Translations under genes and position numbers: made by a program
Notes under the pieces: model-generated
The model's input: only the letters and a program-made list of their open reading frames with translations
What the model was told of the DNA's origin: nothing
Databases searched by the model: none
DNA from: Filifactoraceae bacterium
GTDB lineage: Bacteria; Bacillota; Clostridia; Peptostreptococcales; Filifactoraceae
NCBI GenBank assembly: GCA_041845175.1
Contig: JBGZCE010000137.1
Span: 1 to 40,863 of the forward strand
DNA: 40,863 bases
Direction: 5' to 3'
Shown here: one piece after another, positions 9,080-18,437 of the stretch
Numbering within the stretch: the first letter of the stretch is position 1
How the letters are laid out: the number at the start of each line of letters is the position of its first letter

Positions 9080-11125
9080 ATGGAAAATATGATGGATTCC
9101 ATGCTGGATATGTATCTGTTTGAAACGAATACGCTTGTGGCTCAGCTGGAGGATATTCTGATTGCCGCTGAAAAGGACAAGGACTTTACAGCCGAGCATA
9201 TTGATGAAATTTTTCGGATCATGCACACGATCAAGGGATCGTCTGCGATGATGGAATTGAACGCGCTGATGCAAATTTCTCACCGAATCGAGGATCTTTT
9301 CTTCTATATTCGCGAAAATAAAATGATGCGTGTCGAAGAGAGCGATCGGCGCGAGCTGTTCGATATCGTCTTTCGGTCGGTGGACTATATCATCGGCGAG
9401 ATCCGCAAGCTGGAGGCGCGAGCGCCTCTCAATGAAAATATCGACAGCTATATCGACTCGATTAATAGCTATCTGCAAAAAATAAGCGGCAAGAGCGAGA
9501 CGGCGGCGGAGGCGATTCGAACGGATGAGAGCGAGGCGGATTCATCCGGCTGCGTCAAAGGGGTACGCGTGTTTTTCGACGACGGTGCGGGGATGGAAAA
9601 TCTTCGGGCATTTATGCTGGTCGGTGCAATCAGGGAGCTCGGCGCGGAGATCGAGTTCGAGCCGAGCGATGTGGAGCACAACGGGGATACGGCGCAGTTT
9701 ATTCTGGAAAACGGCTTTTTGATCAAGGTAAAAAGGGAAGAGGAGCTGCCGCTGATCACGACGGCGATCCAAAATTCGATCAACATTCGTTCGTATGAGT
9801 CGGTGGAGCTGACGGAGGAGCTGTCGACCGAAGCGGAGCAGGAGCAGGAGCAGGAGCAGACCGAGGTGCGAGCGGAGAAGCCGGAAGCGTCAATCAGCGA
9901 GAAAGCGTCGAATCCGTCATTGAGCGCGTTCGGTGCGGCAAAGCAGAGCCTGATCAGCGTCAATTTGAGCAAGCTGGATCAGCTGATGGCGGTCGTCGGC
10001 GAGATCGTCATCACGGAGTCGATGGTCACCTCTTCTCCGGATCTGACAGGGCTCAAGCTCGACAGCTTCACCAAGGCGGCGCGCCAGCTTCGCAAGCTCA
10101 ACTCGGAGCTTCAGGACATCGCGATGTCGCTGCGGATGGTGCCGGTGGCGGGCGTATTCCAGAAGATGAACCGCATCGTGCGCGATATGAGCAAAAATCT
10201 CGGCAAGGATGTACAGCTGATCATCGAGGGCGAGGACACGGAGGTGGACAAGTCGATCGTTGACAGCATCGGCGATCCGATCATGCATATCGTCCGAAAT
10301 TCAATGGATCACGGCATCGAAACGGCGGCGGAGCGAGCGGAAAGCGGCAAGGAGCCGCAGGGAACGATCGTACTGTCGGCAAGCCACACGGGCAGCGAGG
10401 TCATCATCAGCATTGCCGATGACGGACGCGGCATCAATGTGGAGCGGATCCTGGACAAGGCACAGGAGCGTGGGCTTTTGATAAAGCCGCGCAGCGAATA
10501 TACGAAAAAGGAAGCGATCGCACTCATCATGAGTCCGGGCTTCTCGACGAACGACAGCGTGACCGAATATTCGGGCCGCGGCGTCGGGATGGACGTCGTA
10601 CGCAAGAACATCGAAGCGCTCGGCGGCTCGGTAATCATGACGGGCGAAGCGGGCGAAGGCTCGACCACGACATTGAAGATCCCGTTGACACTGGCGATCG
10701 TTGCGGGAATGGAGACCGCCGTCGGCGAATCGAACTTCACGATCCCGATCAACAATATCCGCCAGTCCTTCAAAGCGACTGCCGGCGAAGTAATCCGCGG
10801 CGTGGACGGTCGCGAGATGATCAAGAAGATGGACGAGTTTTATCCGATCGTGCGGTTGCATGAACTGTATGCGATCCCGTCGCGAGCGACCCGGATCGAG
10901 GATGGTATTTTGATTTGGGTCGAAGCGGGTGACAAGGGATGCTGTCTTTTTGTCGATGAGCTCATCGGCGAGCAGCAGGTCGTCGTCAAGCCGCTGCCTG
11001 CCTATCTGGGAAGCTACGATGTCAAAAATTCGGGCATCGCCGGCTGCACGATCATGGGGAACGGAAGCATCAGCTTGATTTTGGATATACCGAATCTGTA
11101 CGCGGTATCCAACAGCGGATATTAG
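9080..11125 (+). CDS. cheA: Chemotaxis histidine kinase CheA
   Basis: Hpt site HTIKGSSAMM, dimerisation and HATPase regions (DPIMHIVRNSMDHGIE, DDGRGIN, GRGVGMDVV) and a CheW-like C-terminal domain. The ATG at 9080 lies 7 nt after AAGGTGGTG, so it is preferred over the GTG at 9068. Confidence 0.95.
   Translation: MENMMDSMLDMYLFETNTLVAQLEDILIAAEKDKDFTAEHIDEIFRIMHTIKGSSAMMELNALMQISHRIEDLFFYIRENKMMRVEESDRRELFDIVFRSVDYIIGEIRKLEARAPLNENIDSYIDSINSYLQKISGKSETAAEAIRTDESEADSSGCVKGVRVFFDDGAGMENLRAFMLVGAIRELGAEIEFEPSDVEHNGDTAQFILENGFLIKVKREEELPLITTAIQNSINIRSYESVELTEELSTEAEQEQEQEQTEVRAEKPEASISEKASNPSLSAFGAAKQSLISVNLSKLDQLMAVVGEIVITESMVTSSPDLTGLKLDSFTKAARQLRKLNSELQDIAMSLRMVPVAGVFQKMNRIVRDMSKNLGKDVQLIIEGEDTEVDKSIVDSIGDPIMHIVRNSMDHGIETAAERAESGKEPQGTIVLSASHTGSEVIISIADDGRGINVERILDKAQERGLLIKPRSEYTKKEAIALIMSPGFSTNDSVTEYSGRGVGMDVVRKNIEALGGSVIMTGEAGEGSTTTLKIPLTLAIVAGMETAVGESNFTIPINNIRQSFKATAGEVIRGVDGREMIKKMDEFYPIVRLHELYAIPSRATRIEDGILIWVEAGDKGCCLFVDELIGEQQVVVKPLPAYLGSYDVKNSGIAGCTIMGNGSISLILDIPNLYAVSNSGY
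9836..9859 (+). repeat. GAGCAG x4 microsatellite inside cheA (encodes EQEQEQEQ in the linker)
   Basis: Four perfect hexanucleotide units read directly from the sequence. Confidence 0.9.
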
Positions 11126-11134
11126 GAGGCTGAA

Positions 11135-11593
11135 ATGGAAATTTTACTGGAAAATGCCGAGCTCGGATTCGAGAGCGAGGCGGTGGAGAAATTTTTGAAC
11201 TTCCGATCGGACGGACTGCTGTTCGGTCTGAGCACGAAATATATCACGGAGATCATCACGAATATCAAGCCGACGCGAGTGCCGATGCTCCCGCATTTCA
11301 TCAAGGGGATCATCAACCTCCGCGGGCATATCATACCGATCATCGACATCCGACTGCGCTTCGGCAAGCCGGAGATCGAATACGACGAAAAGGCGTGCAT
11401 CATCGTCATTGAATATGAGGGCATCTCGATCGGGATCGTGGTCGATTCCGTTGTCAATGTCAGCGACATCCGGATCGACAGGATCTCGCCGATGCCGGAG
11501 AACAACACACAGGAGATGGTGAGCGGCGTAATCTCGATGCCGAGCGGCGAAGCGCTGATGGTGCTGGATTGCGCGCTGCTTATTAACAATTAG
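11135..11593 (+). CDS. cheW: Chemotaxis coupling protein CheW
   Basis: 152 aa. Typical CheW pattern (FGLSTKYITEII...VPMLPHFIKGIINLRGHIIPIIDIRLRFG...GIVVDSV), immediately downstream of cheA. Confidence 0.93.
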   Translation: MEILLENAELGFESEAVEKFLNFRSDGLLFGLSTKYITEIITNIKPTRVPMLPHFIKGIINLRGHIIPIIDIRLRFGKPEIEYDEKACIIVIEYEGISIGIVVDSVVNVSDIRIDRISPMPENNTQEMVSGVISMPSGEALMVLDCALLINN

Positions 11594-11631
11594 AAAATTT
11601 TGCCGATATACAAGAGAAAGGGGGGTATACA

Positions 11632-12441
11632 ATGCTTGAGATTACGAAACAGGATTTTTTGAAATTGACGAGTTTTGTAAAAAGCGGATACGGCATCGAT
11701 CTGTCAAAAAAGGAGCAGCTGATCGTCAGCCGTCTGCAATCCGTTGTCAACAACCCCCGATTCGGGAGCTTTGAAAAATATGTGGAGTACATCACCACAT
11801 CGGCACCGGAGCAGGATGTGGATCTGATGCTCAACAAGCTGACGACGAATTACACCTTCTTCTATCGAGAGGAGAATCACTTTGATTTTTTGAAAAACAC
11901 GATCCTGCCCCGATTGGAGAGAAGCAAGACAAGCAAGAGCCTCGCCATCTGGAGCGCCGGCTGTTCGTCGGGCGAAGAGCCGTACACGATCTCGATGATT
12001 CTGAAGGATTATTTCGGAAACGATCCGTCGTGGGATACGCGCGTGCTGGCGACCGATATTTCACAAAATGCGCTGGCAAAGGCGAAAGACTCGCTGTACG
12101 AAGAGGAACAGCTGACCAATATGCCGAAGAATTGGCGGGAAAAATATTTTGAAAAGGATACACTCAGCGGGAAAATCCGGATCCGATCGGCGATCAAGGA
12201 CAATGTTATCTTCAAAACCTTCAACCTGATGGATCCGATCAAGTTCAAACAAAAATTCGATGTGATATTTTGCAGGAATGTCATGATATACTTTGATCAG
12301 GACACGCGATACGGTCTGGTCGAGCGATTCTATGATTATTCCAATCCGGGCGCGTATCTGCTGATCGGGCATTCGGAGAGCCTGGCGAAGGAAAGAACGC
12401 GATATCGGTATATCACAACGGCAACCTATCAGAAATTATAA
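11632..12441 (+). CDS. cheR: Chemotaxis protein methyltransferase CheR
   Basis: 269 aa. TTNYTFFYREENHF, SAM-binding IWSAGCSSGEEPYT and FDVIFCRNVMIYF motifs. Confidence 0.93.
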   Translation: MLEITKQDFLKLTSFVKSGYGIDLSKKEQLIVSRLQSVVNNPRFGSFEKYVEYITTSAPEQDVDLMLNKLTTNYTFFYREENHFDFLKNTILPRLERSKTSKSLAIWSAGCSSGEEPYTISMILKDYFGNDPSWDTRVLATDISQNALAKAKDSLYEEEQLTNMPKNWREKYFEKDTLSGKIRIRSAIKDNVIFKTFNLMDPIKFKQKFDVIFCRNVMIYFDQDTRYGLVERFYDYSNPGAYLLIGHSESLAKERTRYRYITTATYQKL

Positions 12442-12449
12442 GGAAGATT

Positions 12450-13124
12450 ATGCAGGATAAGGAAATCAGAACGAGCGACCGAAGCACGATCGGCGAGGAG
12501 ATGAGCGCGATAAAACAAAAAATGTCCGCTCTGACAGGCAAATCGGATCGGATCGTGATCGCGATCGGCGCTTCGACCGGTGGGACGGATGCGATCGCCG
12601 AGGTTTTGAAGAAGCTGCCGGAGAACACGCCCGGAATCGTCATCGTTCAACACATGCCGCAGGGCTTTACCAAAATGTATGCGGAACGCCTCGACAAGCT
12701 TTGTCGGATCGAGGTCAAGGAGGCGGAGCACGGCGATCGGATCCGAAGCGGTCAGGCGCTGCTCGCGCCGGGCGGCTTGCAGATGCGCGTGATCAAAGAC
12801 AGGGACGGCGGCTATTGCGTCAGCTGCCTGGAGGGCGAGAAGATCAGCGGGCACAAGCCGTCCGTCGACGCATTATTTTTTTCGGTGGCGGAAAATGTAG
12901 GGAAAAACGCGATCGGGATCATTTTGACGGGCATGGGCAGAGACGGCGCGGACGGACTGCTCAAAATGCGAAAAAGCGGAGCCTTTACGATCGGACAGGA
13001 CGAGCACTCCTCCGTGGTGTACGGTATGCCGATGGCAGCCAACAGCATCGGTGCGGTGACGATCCAGGCGAGCGAAAAGGAGATCCCGCAAATTTTGGTA
13101 AAGCATCTCGCAGGAAGAGAATAA
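12450..13124 (+). CDS. cheB: Protein-glutamate methylesterase CheB, catalytic domain only (no receiver domain)
   Basis: 224 aa. Catalytic-triad contexts GASTGG (Ser), VQHMPQGFT (His) and TGMGRDGA (Asp). The 30 aa before the catalytic domain are not a REC domain. Confidence 0.88.
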   Translation: MQDKEIRTSDRSTIGEEMSAIKQKMSALTGKSDRIVIAIGASTGGTDAIAEVLKKLPENTPGIVIVQHMPQGFTKMYAERLDKLCRIEVKEAEHGDRIRSGQALLAPGGLQMRVIKDRDGGYCVSCLEGEKISGHKPSVDALFFSVAENVGKNAIGIILTGMGRDGADGLLKMRKSGAFTIGQDEHSSVVYGMPMAANSIGAVTIQASEKEIPQILVKHLAGRE

Positions 13125-13148
13125 ACGAAAAGAAGCAAGGAGGCTGAA

Positions 13149-13592
13149 ATGGATGTGAAAAAATTCAAAGAGGTCATATGGGAGCTGATGACTTTTTTTG
13201 ACGAATTGACGGCGCTGGAGGATGAAAAGCTCCGAGCGATCGCGGAAAACAATTTGAAAAAGCTTGAGGAATGTATGAGCAGGGAGCAGGTCGCGATCAT
13301 GCAGCTCAAGGTGCTGGAGAAGCACCGCGCGCAGATCCAGGCGCAAGGGGGCTACGAGGGGCTTTCTTTTCGGGAGCTCTTGACAAAGCTGCCGGAGGAG
13401 GATCGGACGGAGCTTGGCATGCTGTACAATCAGCTGGCGGACAAATTGATCCATTTCAACACAATCGCGGACAGCGTGCGTACCTCGATCGAAGCAAATC
13501 TGTACAGCATCGACGCAATCCTGGAACGATTGAAGCAAAAGAACGGACAGCCGTCCGTCAATGACAAAGGCTTTTCGAGCAAACGAGTGTAA
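13149..13592 (+). CDS. flgN: FlgN-family flagellar export chaperone
   Basis: 147 aa, helical. Located directly upstream of flgK/flgL, the usual FlgN clients. The N-terminal pattern (ELMTFFDELTALEDEKLRAIAENNLKKLEECMSREQ) is FlgN-like. Confidence 0.7.
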   Translation: MDVKKFKEVIWELMTFFDELTALEDEKLRAIAENNLKKLEECMSREQVAIMQLKVLEKHRAQIQAQGGYEGLSFRELLTKLPEEDRTELGMLYNQLADKLIHFNTIADSVRTSIEANLYSIDAILERLKQKNGQPSVNDKGFSSKRV

Positions 13593-13601
13593 GGAGAAGA
13601 T

Positions 13602-15158
13602 ATGAGATCAACATTTGCAGGCTTTACCACAGCAAGACTCGCCCTGAGAGCGAGCCAAAAGGCGCTGGATGTAACGGGACAAAATATCGCGAATATCAAT
13701 ACCGAGGGCTATACAAGGCAACGACTGGATCTGGTCAGTCTGACCGTCGGCTCGGGACCGGAGCGCTACAAGTCGGAGCACAATGTATTTGTCGGAAGCG
13801 GTGTATTGACGGCCGGCATCTCACAGATCCGCGATCCTTTCTTGGATATTCGTTTCCGAAACGAGATTGCCCATGTCGGCGGCGCGGAGCAGAAAAAAGA
13901 AATCTTGAAGGATCTGGAGAGCATTTTCGACGAGGTTTCCAAAACGGGAATCCAAAACCAGCTCAGCGAGGTCGGCACGATGCTGCAGAAGCTGTCGCTG
14001 GAGGTCGGGAATCAGGAGTTTGACCACATGGTCAAGGCCTCCGCCGATGTACTGACCAAGATGATGAATCAATATGCGCACCAGCTGGAGGTTGTCAAAA
14101 ACGATCAGGAGTACAACCTTCGCAATGTCGAGCTGCCGAAGCTCAACGATATATTGAGCAATATAAAGAATCTGAACGAAACGATCAAAGCCAATCATAT
14201 TCACGGCAATCCGGCGTTGGAGCTTCAGGATCAGCGCAACGCCCTGATCGATGAATTGGCGAGCTATGTGAATATTGATGTGAAGACCGGTCGCGAGAGC
14301 ATCGGCACCGATCGCTTTGTCGATACGCTTCAGATCAGGATCCGCGGCACGGAGCTGTCGCTGATCGACGACAACAAGGCGGCACAGCTCAAGCTGATGC
14401 CGGACGAGAGCATCGCACCGAACCCGCCGATCGCCTACGGAGATTATAAGCTCGAGCTGACCGACTCCGCCGGAACCGTTCATGCGGACATCTACGACAA
14501 GCTGAGATCCGGCGCGATCAAATCCTCGCTGGATATGATGAACAAGCAGGGCGAGTTTACGAATGACAGCATTCGGGGCTTCGGATATTATGAAAAATCA
14601 CTCAATCTGCTCGCCAATCGGATCGCGACGAACTTCAACGAGCTCAACAAGCTTACCAAGCCCGACGGAACGATTGAGCAAAGACCGCTGTTCGGACGAA
14701 ACGACGGCGGAACGGATCTGAGCGGGATCACGGCGAAAAACATCAAGATCCACGAGGACTGGCAAAGCGGAAAGATCGGGATCACGCCGTCCAAGAGCGG
14801 CGCTACGACCGGAGCGAACGACAATATTTTGAGGATGATCTCGTCGATCAGCAAAAAGGAAACCTATACCGCCGGGACGAGCACGATCTTCAACGGAACC
14901 TATCAGGAGTTTTTCACCAACATCGGCTCGGTGCTCGGACTGGACATCAGCTCGACGGAGTCGATCATGCAGAACCATATCACCGTCGCCAAGGAGATCT
15001 CGAATATGAAGGATGCGATCTCTTCGGTATCGCTGGACGAAGAAGGAATGAACCTTTTGCATTACCAAAAATCGTATAATGCGGCGGCAAGGCTGATGAC
15101 GACCTTGGACGAAGCGGTGGCTACAATCATCAACAATATGGGTGTTGTGGGGAGATAG
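13602..15158 (+). CDS. flgK: Flagellar hook-associated protein 1 FlgK
   Basis: 518 aa. N-terminus STFAGFTTARLALRASQKALDVTGQNIANINTEGYTRQ and C-terminus LDEEGMNLLHYQKSYNAAARLMTTLDE are canonical. Confidence 0.93.
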   Translation: MRSTFAGFTTARLALRASQKALDVTGQNIANINTEGYTRQRLDLVSLTVGSGPERYKSEHNVFVGSGVLTAGISQIRDPFLDIRFRNEIAHVGGAEQKKEILKDLESIFDEVSKTGIQNQLSEVGTMLQKLSLEVGNQEFDHMVKASADVLTKMMNQYAHQLEVVKNDQEYNLRNVELPKLNDILSNIKNLNETIKANHIHGNPALELQDQRNALIDELASYVNIDVKTGRESIGTDRFVDTLQIRIRGTELSLIDDNKAAQLKLMPDESIAPNPPIAYGDYKLELTDSAGTVHADIYDKLRSGAIKSSLDMMNKQGEFTNDSIRGFGYYEKSLNLLANRIATNFNELNKLTKPDGTIEQRPLFGRNDGGTDLSGITAKNIKIHEDWQSGKIGITPSKSGATTGANDNILRMISSISKKETYTAGTSTIFNGTYQEFFTNIGSVLGLDISSTESIMQNHITVAKEISNMKDAISSVSLDEEGMNLLHYQKSYNAAARLMTTLDEAVATIINNMGVVGR

Positions 15159-15161
15159 AAT

Positions 15162-16166
15162 ATGAGAATTACGACCAATTCGATTTTGAGAAATTACCGT
15201 TCCAATCTGACACAATCGATGGACAATCTGGACGACGCGCGCGAAAAGGTAATGACACGAAGAAAATTCAACAAAACCGAGCAGGATCCTGCCGGTGCGA
15301 CCAAGGCATTTCAGCTGCGCCGCGAATACATCAAAAATGAAGATCATATCGAAAACATCAAGCAGGCACAGGCACGCTTCGACTCGCTTGAATCCGGCGT
15401 TTTGCAGGTATCGAAGATGGCGGAGCAGATTCATTCCGATACGCTGATGGCAATCAACGGCTCGACGAGTCTGGAGCAAAGACAGGCGGTAGCACAAGGC
15501 TTTCGTCAGCTTCAGGAGTCGATGCTATTGAGCCTCAACGCCAAATTCGGCGACAAATTCGTATTCGGCGGCGCGAATTCGGCGGAGGTACCGCTCAAGC
15601 TCGACGCGGACGGCGTGACGCTACGGTATCAGGGGATCGATGTTTCGTCCGACCTGCCTGCCGATGTGGACAAGCTCAAGGCGCTGGCTGCGGAGAAGCA
15701 GTATCTCGACACGGGCTTCGGTCTGCAGCTCGATGCCAACGGCGATGTGGTGGACGGCACGGCGCTCAATATCTCGTCGCCGGCGATCGCGATCATCGGC
15801 TTCGGAAAGAATGCGAACGGCACACCGAAGAATCTCATCTCGATCATCGGACGGCTGGCTACGGAGTTTGAAAAGCCGACCCTCGACAATGAAGCGGTCC
15901 AAAGGCTGACCGATGAATTTACCAAATCGAGAAACAAGGTGATCGATACGGTTACCTCGATCGGAACGATGTCCAACTTTTTACAGACGACGGAGAGCCG
16001 ATTGATCGACGGACGGTTGAATCTGAACGAAAAGATCGTTTCGATCGAAAATGTCGATATGGAAGGCGCCATTTCCAATTATGAATGGGCAAAATATGCG
16101 TACAATGCCGCGCTCAAGGTGGGTACGAGCATTTTGCAGCCGTCCTTTATCGACTTTATGAAATAA
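15162..16166 (+). CDS. flgL: Flagellar hook-associated protein 3 FlgL
   Basis: 334 aa. Flagellin-like N-terminus (MRITTNSILRNYRSNL) and C-terminus (DMEGAISNYEWAKYAYNAALKVGTSILQPSFIDFM), downstream of flgK. Confidence 0.9.
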   Translation: MRITTNSILRNYRSNLTQSMDNLDDAREKVMTRRKFNKTEQDPAGATKAFQLRREYIKNEDHIENIKQAQARFDSLESGVLQVSKMAEQIHSDTLMAINGSTSLEQRQAVAQGFRQLQESMLLSLNAKFGDKFVFGGANSAEVPLKLDADGVTLRYQGIDVSSDLPADVDKLKALAAEKQYLDTGFGLQLDANGDVVDGTALNISSPAIAIIGFGKNANGTPKNLISIIGRLATEFEKPTLDNEAVQRLTDEFTKSRNKVIDTVTSIGTMSNFLQTTESRLIDGRLNLNEKIVSIENVDMEGAISNYEWAKYAYNAALKVGTSILQPSFIDFMK

Positions 16167-16178
16167 CAACAGGGGAGG

Positions 16179-16787
16179 ATGACAGTGGAACCGCTTATAC
16201 GAATCACTTCGGTACCGATCAAGGTCGAAATGAAAAGCACCGGGGCAAAAATTGAGAGAACATCATCGACGGTGGAGCTGAATATAAGCAGGACGGAGGG
16301 CGGCGGACTTCGGATCGAGTCCAGACCCGTCAAATTGAATATCGATACCTTTGAGGCGCGCAATTCGATCACTCCGACGACAAGACGGAGCATCGAGCAG
16401 GCAGCCGAGCGAGGCAGGATTGCCGCGTATGAGGCGACGGCGAAGCTGGGCAGGGAGGGCCAAATGTTTATGGATGCAAAGCTTTCCGGCGGTGCAGCGC
16501 TGGATCGCATTTTCGAGATGAGTATGGATATCCCGTCGGGGGACTTCACGCTGTCGAGAATCCCGACCGTACCGCCGAAGATCACTTGGACGGATCCGGA
16601 TTTGAGGATCGAATATGATATGGAAAAGCTCAACTTCGATTGGCGGATTCGACAGGGAGATTTTGAATTTATACCGGGAACGATCGAATTTTCGATCACG
16701 CAAAGGCCCGATGTGGTGATAGAATATATCGGAAGCCCGATTTATGTACCGCGCTCCGCGGATCCGAATTTTGAAGCGGAGGCATAA
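16179..16787 (+). CDS. Conserved hypothetical protein of the flgL-fliW interval (DUF6470-like, from memory)
   Basis: 202-aa ORF between flgL and fliW. The ATG at 16179 abuts the AGGGGAGG RBS, so the GTG at 16185 may be the real start. Confidence 0.6.
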   Translation: MTVEPLIRITSVPIKVEMKSTGAKIERTSSTVELNISRTEGGGLRIESRPVKLNIDTFEARNSITPTTRRSIEQAAERGRIAAYEATAKLGREGQMFMDAKLSGGAALDRIFEMSMDIPSGDFTLSRIPTVPPKITWTDPDLRIEYDMEKLNFDWRIRQGDFEFIPGTIEFSITQRPDVVIEYIGSPIYVPRSADPNFEAEA

Positions 16788-16803
16788 GGAAAAGGAGATT
16801 TTC

Positions 16804-17241
16804 ATGAAAACGAAGTATTTTGGAGAGGTAACCTTCTCGAAGGATGAGATCCTCACATTCGAAAATGGAATTTTCGGATTTGAGGACAGCAAAAAATTTG
16901 CACTCATGTATTTTGAGGACGGCACGGATGCGATGGTATGCCTGCAAAGCATAGAGGATGAGGACTTGGCTTTTGTCCTGATGAATCCTTTTTTCCTGCT
17001 GCCGAGCTATCAACCCGAGCTCAAGGACTCGGACATCGAGCTGCTTGAGCTCGACGAAAACACGGAGGGCGTGCTGTACTATGCGGTATGCGTGGCAAAG
17101 GACAGTCTGCCGGAGAGCACGATCAATCTTCGCTGCCCGATCGTCATCAATCCGTCAAACCGTAAAGCCGTGCAGGTAATCCTGGAGAACGACGAATATT
17201 CGTTCAGACATTCGCTTGCCGAATTTGCAAAGGAGGCGTAA
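16804..17241 (+). CDS. fliW: Flagellar assembly factor FliW
   Basis: ATG at 16804 after AAAGGAG. ILTFENGIFGFEDSKKFALMYF...CLQSIEDEDLAFVLMNPF...INLRCPIVINPSNRKAVQVIL matches the FliW pattern. Confidence 0.92.
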   Translation: MKTKYFGEVTFSKDEILTFENGIFGFEDSKKFALMYFEDGTDAMVCLQSIEDEDLAFVLMNPFFLLPSYQPELKDSDIELLELDENTEGVLYYAVCVAKDSLPESTINLRCPIVINPSNRKAVQVILENDEYSFRHSLAEFAKEA

Positions 17242-17242
17242 G

Positions 17243-17470
17243 ATGCTGGTCCTGCAAAGAAAAAAAGAAGAATCCATCGTCATCGACGGAAAGATCAGGA
17301 TCACCGTCGTCGACATCGGGAACGATAGAGTCAAGATCGCGATCGACGCGCCGAAAGAAATTTCGATCCTGCGCTCGGAGCTGATCGAAGCGGCGGACAC
17401 AAACCGCGAGGCGGCAAGTGCCAACGATGCGAAAAATGTGCAGCTGTTGAATGATCTGTTTAAGAAATAA
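17243..17470 (+). CDS. csrA: Carbon storage regulator CsrA (translational repressor)
   Basis: 75 aa. MLVLQRKKEESIVIDGKIRITVVDIGNDRVKIAIDAPKEISILRSEL is canonical CsrA. It starts 1 nt after the fliW stop. Confidence 0.95.
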   Translation: MLVLQRKKEESIVIDGKIRITVVDIGNDRVKIAIDAPKEISILRSELIEAADTNREAASANDAKNVQLLNDLFKK

Positions 17471-17475
17471 GGACT

Positions 17476-17501
17476 CCACGGCTCAGCCGTGGTTTCTTTT
17501 T
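17476..17501 (+). terminator. Rho-independent terminator of the che-flg-csrA operon
   Basis: CCACGGC (17476-17482), loop TCA, GCCGTGG (17486-17492), then TTTCTTTTT. Confidence 0.8.
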
Positions 17502-17646
17502 GTCTGAGGAGTTACAAAACAATTATATCGAGATTTGATGAAAACGAAGATCATACAAAGAATTTAACGGAATTTGACACTTTAACAGCGTTCGTATTTA
17601 TGCTATACTTGTTGTGAAACGATTGAAATGATAAGAGGAGAACATA

Positions 17647-18426
17647 ATGGACAAAGAGATCCGACCGCCATCGTCAAAGGAGCTCGGCGAGCTGTTGACC
17701 CGATCTTTTGAGAAGCTCCGTATCGCGTATGAGGATGAAAATGCTCTGAAGGATCATTTCGCGCTTTATATGAACAGCTTGTTGAGCTACAATTCACATA
17801 CCAATCTGACGGCGATCACGGAGCCGGAGGAAATTTATCAAAAGCATTTTGTCGATTCGGCATCGACGATTGTGGCGCTGGAGCATATTTTGAAAAAATA
17901 TCGGGCGCCGTATGCTTCGGCGAGCTTTATCGATGTCGGTACGGGCGCCGGCTTTCCGGCGGTACCCGTCAAGATTTTGCGGCCGACCATCCGGCTGACG
18001 CTGCTCGATTCGCTCGAAAAAAGGATCCGGTTCTTGCGCGAGCTTTCAAGCGCACTCGAATTTTCGAATATCGAGATTCTGCACGCTCGGGCGGAGGATG
18101 CCGCGCAAAATAAAGCGCTGCGCGCATCGTTCGACTTCGTGCTTTCCCGCGCGGTGGCGGGACTGCCGGTGCTTTTGGAATACTGCATCCCTTTTTTGAA
18201 AAAAGGCGGCTTCATGATCTGTCTGAAGGGACCATCGATCGAAGAGGAAATGCTTTCGGCAAAAAAAGCGATGCAGCTGCTCGGCACGGAGCTATGTGAT
18301 ATTTTGGATGTACAAATTCCTTTTACCGATTGGAGTCACAAGATCGCCGTTTTCAGAAAGGTGAAAGACACGGACGCGCGTTATCCGCGAAAGGCGGGCA
18401 AGCCGTCCAAGGAACCGTTGAAGTAA
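17647..18426 (+). CDS. rsmG: 16S rRNA (guanine527-N7)-methyltransferase RsmG
   Basis: 259 aa. NLTAITEPEEIYQKHFVDS and SAM-binding IDVGTGAGFPAVPVKI motifs. AAGAGGAG RBS. Confidence 0.9.
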   Translation: MDKEIRPPSSKELGELLTRSFEKLRIAYEDENALKDHFALYMNSLLSYNSHTNLTAITEPEEIYQKHFVDSASTIVALEHILKKYRAPYASASFIDVGTGAGFPAVPVKILRPTIRLTLLDSLEKRIRFLRELSSALEFSNIEILHARAEDAAQNKALRASFDFVLSRAVAGLPVLLEYCIPFLKKGGFMICLKGPSIEEEMLSAKKAMQLLGTELCDILDVQIPFTDWSHKIAVFRKVKDTDARYPRKAGKPSKEPLK

Positions 18427-18437
18427 AGAGGAAGGGT

